Shown piece after piece: positions 63,186 through 64,000 of a stretch of 64,000 nt of DNA; within the stretch, counting starts at the first letter, position 1, and the number at the start of each line of letters is the position of its first letter. Where the stretch lies: the NCBI GenBank assembly GCA_013265495.1, contig MU058584.1, forward strand, positions 1,586,616-1,650,615. Direction: 5' to 3'. The translations under genes were made by a program, and so were the position numbers. Source of the stretch: Vicugna vicugna (lineage: Eukaryota). The notes under the pieces were generated by a model. The model saw only the letters and a list, made by a program, of their open reading frames with translations, searched no databases and was not told the origin of the DNA.

Positions 63186-64000
63186 TGATTATAGCTGTAT
63201 GCTTTCTTCTATCCCACTAGGGCCGTATGGAAATAGGGAGAATTTTCCCAAAGGAAAGGATAATGAGCAGGCTATTCGAAGAATGTCTACCATAGGAACT
63301 TTTATCAGATTCTCGAAGGAGTCCATGATTTTAAAGCTGTTAAAAACTGGTTCCATACTGTCACTGAGAAATGCACCTTCCTTGAGGCTGATGGAATTCA
63401 AGAAACTGAAAGTTGAGAAGGATCTTAAGACAGCATGCTATAATTACTCTTATTGTTTAAATGGGAGAACAGAAGCTAAGAAAGGCAAAGTAGTTTGACA
63501 GAAAGGCACTGTAAAAAGGAGAGTTCGTTCTTGAAATAGATCCGACTTGGTGCAGAAATCCTTCCACTTTCGTTTCCAGACTAGAAACTATAAGGAACCA
63601 TCACAGCAGTCTGAGATGATAATGCCTACAAAGTACACGGCATACTTCCGGGAACATGGGAGAAACAAAACACGTGCTGTTTTCCATTCTACTTCCCTCT
63701 CAGTTTATCACAAACTTGCTGCTTATGAGAGTCTTCAATCAGCAGTGTTACTTTGGTAGAGGTTTATTTATTCAGTCAGCTTTTTGAGCCATATTTTCAG
63801 AGATAATGTTTAGATATTCATGTTTCTTCTAACATTTTAAGCGACTTTGCCATGGGCTTTTTGCCTAAGCTCCCTCAAACATATAGGTCAGGGAGTAAGA
63901 AAGGGCTACAGATATGGAATTGTGTGCATGCAAGATAAAAGCAAGTCAGAATCCTAGCAATACGTTCTGGTCATTAGCTGTTCCCTTTCATTACAGACCT

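Noticed and set aside
1..64000. CRISPR-like array, operon or horizontally acquired microbial/viral cassette
   Set aside because: I saw no regularly spaced repeats, long ORFs or compositional block foreign to mammalian DNA, apart from endogenous retroelements.

Overview
Mammalian genomic DNA, most likely camelid (camel, alpaca or llama): two tRNA-derived Vic-1-type SINEs at about 17713 and 22896 are the main evidence. I find no protein-coding gene, RNA gene, CRISPR array or prokaryote-like system that I can support. The supplied ORFs are short and are explained by chance, by microsatellites or by transposon fossils. The window reads as an intergenic region or large intron. It is filled with ancient repeats (MIR, L2, L3/CR1, HAL1, MLT1, LTR16, hAT/Tigger MITEs, an ERVL internal fragment) and younger insertions (ERV1 solo LTRs, short L1 3' ends, Vic-1 SINEs). 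Several non-repeat blocks are dense in homeodomain or bHLH motifs and could be enhancers. The most notable observations are a ~2.5 kb decayed CR1/L3 ORF2 fossil missed by the ORF track (about 20150-22680), a CpG-rich exon-like segment behind a strong splice acceptor (25383), an ERV1 LTR with a duplicated octamer+CCAAT module, a nested LTR-in-LTR, a pure (TTC)39 tract and a triple poly-T that may be an artefact. Repeat family names come from my recall of consensus sequences, not from a database search, and boundaries are approximate unless a TSD or terminus is quoted. I did not find a convincing previously undescribed biological system.
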